Source: Acidobacteriota bacterium
GTDB taxonomy: Bacteria > Acidobacteriota > Terriglobia > Versatilivoradales > Versatilivoraceae
Assembly (NCBI GenBank): GCA_028875135.1
Contig: JAPPFQ010000091.1
Span: 1-37,724 of the forward strand
DNA: 37,724 nucleotides
Reading direction: 5' to 3'
Shown here: positions 33,873-37,724 of the stretch, piece by piece
Position numbering within the stretch: the stretch's first letter is position 1
How the letters are laid out: the number at the start of each line of letters is the position of its first letter
Program-made: the position numbers and the translations under genes
The notes under the pieces: model-generated
Databases searched by the model: none
Seen by the model: only the letters and a program-made list of their open reading frames with translations
What the model was told of the DNA's origin: nothing

Positions 33873-35138
33873 CTAGACCCGATCGATCTTGACTTCCAAC
33901 AGATAGATTCGGCTGCGCTCGCCGGAATTGGGAGGAACCGGTTCCCAGCCGAACGGAGTCCGGTCGTAAACCAGGAAAACCCGGTTCGGAGAGACCTCGA
34001 TCAGATCGATGTACGCCGATGTCTGTTTTGCATTCATCTGAAAGGAACTTGGAACCGTTCGATTGTGATGAGCCATGAGGTCGACGGATTCCCACTTCCG
34101 GCCACGGGAATCGCCGGAAATCCATAAAAAGAGTCCCGGCCGACCCGTCACAAGCGTCAAAGCACCATTGGCCAGTCGAAGCAACTGGGGGGCGACACTG
34201 TAAGCCGGCAGCCGGTCCACCCGAGACCAACTCTTTCCGCCGTCACCGCTGTAGGCGCGCGCCAACTTCTGATCTTCTCCGGTACCGACTCGGCTCACAC
34301 ACATCAGGTCTCCGTCTGCCAGTTGCACCAGGCAGGGCTCATCGAAGCCCTCCTTGGCATCGGGTACGGAGTCGGGTCCGGCGATTGTGGACAGATAGCG
34401 CCAGTGACGCCCTCCATCGTTCGAGGCCACTGCGACGGTGCCCCACCGAGCGTCACCCTCGAACCGCACGGAGATCGTAGCGACGAATTGGTCCAGTTCC
34501 AGAATATCGCTGAACCAGTTAATTCGGGCCCACCAGGTGCGGCTCTCCCGGGGCCAGGGTTCGACATCACGCGGCAGTCCTTCCACCACAGCTCCCCACG
34601 GCTCCACCATATAGCGCTTCCCTCCCCGATCGTATGTCCATCGGTGTGCGGAGAAGCGGCGGGACTGTCCGGCGGGATCCGGTTTCAAGTAGGTCGAAGT
34701 GCCGATGATCCGGCCATCGGGCAGACTGATCCTGGGCTCGCCGCAGCCGTTGTGAAATCCATTCACATCGTAAGCAAAATCAAAGTTCAGCCCCTCGTCG
34801 GTGGAAACGTAAACCGCCTGAGTGTTGGTGAGATTGGTATTGACATCCGCGTTCAAGGAATGATTGAGCATCAACTCACCAGTCGAAAACTTCTCCAGGC
34901 CCGGATACCAGCAGTGTCCGGACGCTGTTTCGGCCACTACCCGAGGTTTACGCAGCCGCAGTAGGAAGTCTCTCATCTGGATCTCCTCTCGCACCGTGGT
35001 GAAGCTCCTGGTTGAGGTCGCAGACAGCCCCGCGACGCCAACGGCTGCCAGATGCCTCGATCCAACCTGAATGAATTCGCGCCGGCTGGACTGTTCTTCC
35101 AGGTTACTCCGATACCGGTTCTTCCTTGTAGAGTCCAC
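33873..35138 (-). CDS. BNR/Asp-box repeat beta-propeller protein with Tat signal; subfamily D
   Basis: The GTG at 35138 is preceded by GGGAGGG. The Tat motif is SSRREFIQVGSRHLAAVGVAGLSA. Asp-boxes are ASNDGGRHWRY and YSGDGGKSWSR. Its C-terminus matches the relic at 616-795. Confidence 0.85.
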   Translation of the reverse strand: MDSTRKNRYRSNLEEQSSRREFIQVGSRHLAAVGVAGLSATSTRSFTTVREEIQMRDFLLRLRKPRVVAETASGHCWYPGLEKFSTGELMLNHSLNADVNTNLTNTQAVYVSTDEGLNFDFAYDVNGFHNGCGEPRISLPDGRIIGTSTYLKPDPAGQSRRFSAHRWTYDRGGKRYMVEPWGAVVEGLPRDVEPWPRESRTWWARINWFSDILELDQFVATISVRFEGDARWGTVAVASNDGGRHWRYLSTIAGPDSVPDAKEGFDEPCLVQLADGDLMCVSRVGTGEDQKLARAYSGDGGKSWSRVDRLPAYSVAPQLLRLANGALTLVTGRPGLFLWISGDSRGRKWESVDLMAHHNRTVPSSFQMNAKQTSAYIDLIEVSPNRVFLVYDRTPFGWEPVPPNSGERSRIYLLEVKIDRV

Positions 35139-35166
35139 CGTTCCCTCCCTTACGAAAATACGAACT

Positions 35167-35194
35167 ATTCGAAAGCTCGTTGGTCATTTCGAAT
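35167..35194. promoter_or_regulatory. 8-bp inverted repeat ATTCGAAA-N12-TTTCGAAT, candidate operator upstream of 33873-35138
   Basis: It has perfect 8-bp arms (35167-35174 and 35187-35194). It lies 29-56 nt upstream of the GTG start at 35138, in the 147-bp gap between two minus-strand propeller genes. An imperfect 22-bp palindrome (TTGGCCCCAAATTGGTGGCCAA) follows at 35217-35238. Confidence 0.25.
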
Positions 35195-35285
35195 CAACTG
35201 GCGTGGAATCTGATTCTTGGCCCCAAATTGGTGGCCAACTCCTGAAACAGCCGCAGCCGAGGCTCTCACTCGGAGTCCCTTCCGG

Positions 35286-36392
35286 TCAGCGAAGCCGGAA
35301 GTGGCAGTAACGGCTACCGTGGATGTCCTTCTCGTGACACCAGAACCCAACGAAAAAAGACCCGTCAGAAAAGGTCGCAATTCGGGGCTCTCCGAAGGCA
35401 AAGTCGGCCCAGTACATGGCCTCCGTATCCTGATCCTCCTCCCGGAAACCGGCGACTGCCTTCCAGAGGATTTCTTCGAACTCAAGATGAAAACCTTTTT
35501 CGTCGGGACGGGCGGTGGCAAACCCAACACCGGGAGGATTGCCGTACCGCCGGTTGAAAGCACAGGCTACCCGGCCATCTGGGAGTGCGTGAACAGCGGT
35601 CGTCTGGCCGATCAGCGTGGTGGATCGATTGGAGCAGAAGCTCTTGCCCCCGTCCCGGGAAATACTGTATTGAACAGGCAGGTCTTCACCCGCTTCCATA
35701 TCACGAGCATAAGCAATGCCGAGAAGTCCGCCGTCGGCCATCTCTTCCACCCACACCTCTTGGTAGGCAATTTTCCCGGAAGGATCCTCCATGAATTCGG
35801 CAAAATCGGGCCAACTCTCTCCCTGATCATGGCTTATCATGACGGCCGCTTTTCCCTGATTGGCGTTCGTGCCGGTGTGATCCAGCCAGGGCGCGAAAGG
35901 AGCCAGCCAGTCTCCTTGCCGGGTGGCACAAATCACTCCGCCCACTTCGGGAGGCTCGGGATAACACATGGGAATGGACCTGACAGGACTCCAGCTGACA
36001 CCCTGATCATCTGAGACGGAGAAGATCAGCTCAGTGTGGGAAGCTCCCCCAGTCTTGCGGTCATAGTAGGTCTCGCCGGCAGCGGGAGTGTCCCAGAGCA
36101 TCCCTAATCCCAGCAACTTCCCGTTCCGGGTCCGGCTCACATTGAGCCGACCGCTCTTCCCGGACGAATGCCAGTCCCACATCGGGCCCTGATCTTGCCA
36201 ACTGCTCCCCCGATCGTCAGAGCGGAAGATCCGGCTATAACTGCGCCCGGTTCCGATTTCGAGGTGGAATCCGACGGACGCAATCAAAGTGTCGTCCGCC
36301 AAGCGGACGATCTGGCAGTGCCTGGGATAGGCTCCGTTTTCGTCCGGCTGGCTTAAGAAATAGCCCTCTGAAAATATTTCAACTCTCTTCAC
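35286..36392 (-). CDS. BNR/Asp-box repeat beta-propeller protein, no signal peptide (cytoplasmic); subfamily B
   Basis: Asp-boxes are RSDDRGSSWQD, SDDQGVSWSP, SHDQGESWPD and SRDGGKSF. The C-terminal ...FWCHEKDIHGSRYCHFRLR motif is shared with 3975-5120. Confidence 0.85.
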   Translation of the reverse strand: MKRVEIFSEGYFLSQPDENGAYPRHCQIVRLADDTLIASVGFHLEIGTGRSYSRIFRSDDRGSSWQDQGPMWDWHSSGKSGRLNVSRTRNGKLLGLGMLWDTPAAGETYYDRKTGGASHTELIFSVSDDQGVSWSPVRSIPMCYPEPPEVGGVICATRQGDWLAPFAPWLDHTGTNANQGKAAVMISHDQGESWPDFAEFMEDPSGKIAYQEVWVEEMADGGLLGIAYARDMEAGEDLPVQYSISRDGGKSFCSNRSTTLIGQTTAVHALPDGRVACAFNRRYGNPPGVGFATARPDEKGFHLEFEEILWKAVAGFREEDQDTEAMYWADFAFGEPRIATFSDGSFFVGFWCHEKDIHGSRYCHFRLR

Positions 36393-36508
36393 CGATCACC
36401 CTCCACGACCACGTGACAATTAAAGTCAGGAAATTGCCCGACGATCTGCGGTGGTTCCTCACGTCGCGCTCCGCGGATTCGCCCAGTCGCTTCTTGCGAC
36501 CCTTTGGC

Positions 36509-36528
36509 GGTGGTTCAGTCGAACCACC
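36509..36528. other. perfect 8-bp stem / 4-nt loop hairpin GGTGGTTC-agtc-GAACCACC in the transporter-propeller intergenic region
   Basis: The hairpin is read directly from the sequence. It lies 36 nt downstream of the stop codon of the SSS transporter gene (minus strand). No U-tract follows on either strand, so it is not a canonical intrinsic terminator. Confidence 0.3.
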
Positions 36529-36563
36529 ACAGCGGCTTGCTTTCCCGAATACTCCTCTATTCT

Positions 36564-37640
36564 TCAGTGTCCCGCCACCAGGTAAGAAATCAGCAGCCAG
36601 GGCAATAGGGCTAAACTGCCCCACATGAGATTTGTCTTCCAGCCTTTTTCGCGCGTCGGAAGCATGCTTAAGAGCGGGCCAAAGATCAGGCCCGCCAGTA
36701 AGGAAACGACGGCAATCCATTGAAAGCTCACACCGGGCTGGCCGGTCAACACGTCCCAGAACGCGATCAGAGCGCCTGCCAAAAAACTGTAAATGGCTCC
36801 AAACGCCGCCCCAAAAGGGGTGGCAAAGGATACGAACAAGGCCAGAAAAAAGAGAATGAACAGGGGGACGAGAAAGAGGTAGTTGGTCTTGACTGCCACC
36901 TCCTGGATGTTACCGGGCACCTTGTCGATGATGGAACTGATCAAGACTACGGCTACTCCAATGCCCACAGTGAGATAGCGCGCTGTCGCCAGGTGATGTC
37001 TTTCCGTGCCCCTATTGGACCGATTGAGGAAATCGACCATGATGACCGTAGAAACAGAGTTGATCCCAGAATCAAGACTGGACATCACGGCAGCAAACAT
37101 TGCCACAATGACCAATCCGGCCAAGCCGATAGGGAGATAGTTTGCAACGTAGTGCGGAAATATATAGTCGGCATCTTCAAGCAGACTTTGACCGTCGGGA
37201 ATGAGGTGCGGATTCACACTGAAAAAGCCAAGCAGCGCAAATCCGACTAACGCCAGGACCACGGTAATGAAGATGCCGGCCACGGAGTTGACCAGGAAAG
37301 CGCGTCGTGCCGCCGTGGCGTCCCGGGTGGCCAAATAGCGTTGAATCGCCAGTTGGTCGGAACCGGCCGTACAGATCCAGTAGATCAGGCTGTTCAGAAA
37401 GGCGCCCACAACAGTGGCGCGTACTGCCGGGTCCAAGGAGAAAACGGGCTGAACGTCCCAGTTGGGGGCCCAGGACGTTGGAAACCAAGCATAAAAGCTG
37501 CCCAGTTCACGATTGATCAACGCAATCGTGAGAACCGCCCCCCCGAAAAGAATGAAAAACTGGGTCACGTCGGTGATCACCACGGCACGCAGGCCGCCCA
37601 GTGCCGTGTAGATCACGGTGACGAATCCAGCCACGATCAC
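36564..37640 (-). CDS. sodium:solute symporter (SSS) family transporter, C-terminal ~2/3; N-terminal part apparently in another frame or beyond the window edge
   Basis: The sequence ...VAGFVTVIYTALGGLRAVVITDVTQFFILFGG... is the SSS signature region, normally around TM5-6. Many hydrophobic segments follow. An in-frame TGA lies at 37695-37697, upstream of the first GTG (37640). The neighbouring frame is open to the window edge. Confidence 0.8.
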   Translation of the reverse strand: MIVAGFVTVIYTALGGLRAVVITDVTQFFILFGGAVLTIALINRELGSFYAWFPTSWAPNWDVQPVFSLDPAVRATVVGAFLNSLIYWICTAGSDQLAIQRYLATRDATAARRAFLVNSVAGIFITVVLALVGFALLGFFSVNPHLIPDGQSLLEDADYIFPHYVANYLPIGLAGLVIVAMFAAVMSSLDSGINSVSTVIMVDFLNRSNRGTERHHLATARYLTVGIGVAVVLISSIIDKVPGNIQEVAVKTNYLFLVPLFILFFLALFVSFATPFGAAFGAIYSFLAGALIAFWDVLTGQPGVSFQWIAVVSLLAGLIFGPLLSMLPTREKGWKTNLMWGSLALLPWLLISYLVAGH

Positions 37641-37724
37641 GATATAAGGGAGAGTTTCCAGAGACCAACCTAAGGAAGGTCTGATTAAGTCGAGTCAGCG
37701 TTCTGCACGATAATTCTTCCATCA

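Noticed and set aside
28042-37640. Interpreting the right half as a canonical nan (sialic acid) operon, with the DapA-family gene as nanA and the SSS gene as a sialate transporter.
   Set aside because: The family-level resemblance is real. Substrate specificity cannot be read from these motifs, no ManNAc kinase or epimerase genes are present, and the lyase-family gene is isolated on the opposite strand between a TPR gene and a CRTAC1 gene. I therefore assigned no gene symbols.
1-37724. A search for CRISPR arrays, tRNA/rRNA genes, integrase or att sites, toxin-antitoxin pairs and known defence-system genes.
   Set aside because: I saw no regularly spaced direct repeats, no cloverleaf-like or rRNA-like sequence, and no ORFs with nuclease, ATPase, methylase or integrase signatures. 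The only mobile-element trace is the transposase relic at the left edge.

Overview
This is a GC-rich, gene-dense 37.7-kb window that looks like an accessory catabolic island. I saw no rRNA, tRNA or CRISPR array. I call 29 intact protein-coding genes plus five decayed genes or relics.

The window is dominated by paralogous families:
- Seven intact BNR/Asp-box beta-propeller ('sialidase-like') genes in four subfamilies, plus one relic. Their predicted locations are lipoprotein, Tat-exported and cytoplasmic.
- Two PHP-domain phosphoesterases, each directly downstream of a propeller gene.
- Two signal-less gamma-glutamyltransferase-family Ntn hydrolases, plus one C45-family Ntn hydrolase.
- Three paralogues of a ~260-aa secreted protein in which I recognise no known domain.
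- Two Tat-exported TIM-barrel-like proteins, one of them decayed by a frameshift and an internal deletion.

Interleaved with these are:
- acid-sugar-type enzymes (an enolase-superfamily dehydratase, an HpcH class II aldolase, a DapA/NAL-family class I aldolase and a D-2-hydroxyacid dehydrogenase);
- a GntR/FCD regulator and a sodium:solute symporter;
- two TPR proteins, a CRTAC1-type FG-GAP protein and a metallophosphoesterase.

The left edge carries an IS1634-family transposase relic abutting a propeller-gene relic.

My best hypothesis, which is inference only, is an uncharacterised multi-compartment system for degrading a decorated acidic glycan. It has nan-like parts but is not a canonical nan locus. 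The three-member secreted protein family is its most novel component.

The taxon cannot be determined from the sequence. The gene content (CRTAC1+TPR pairs, many Tat propellers) resembles environmental Acidobacteriota- or Planctomycetota-like genomes. All functional calls come from motif recognition by eye, and no database search was run.
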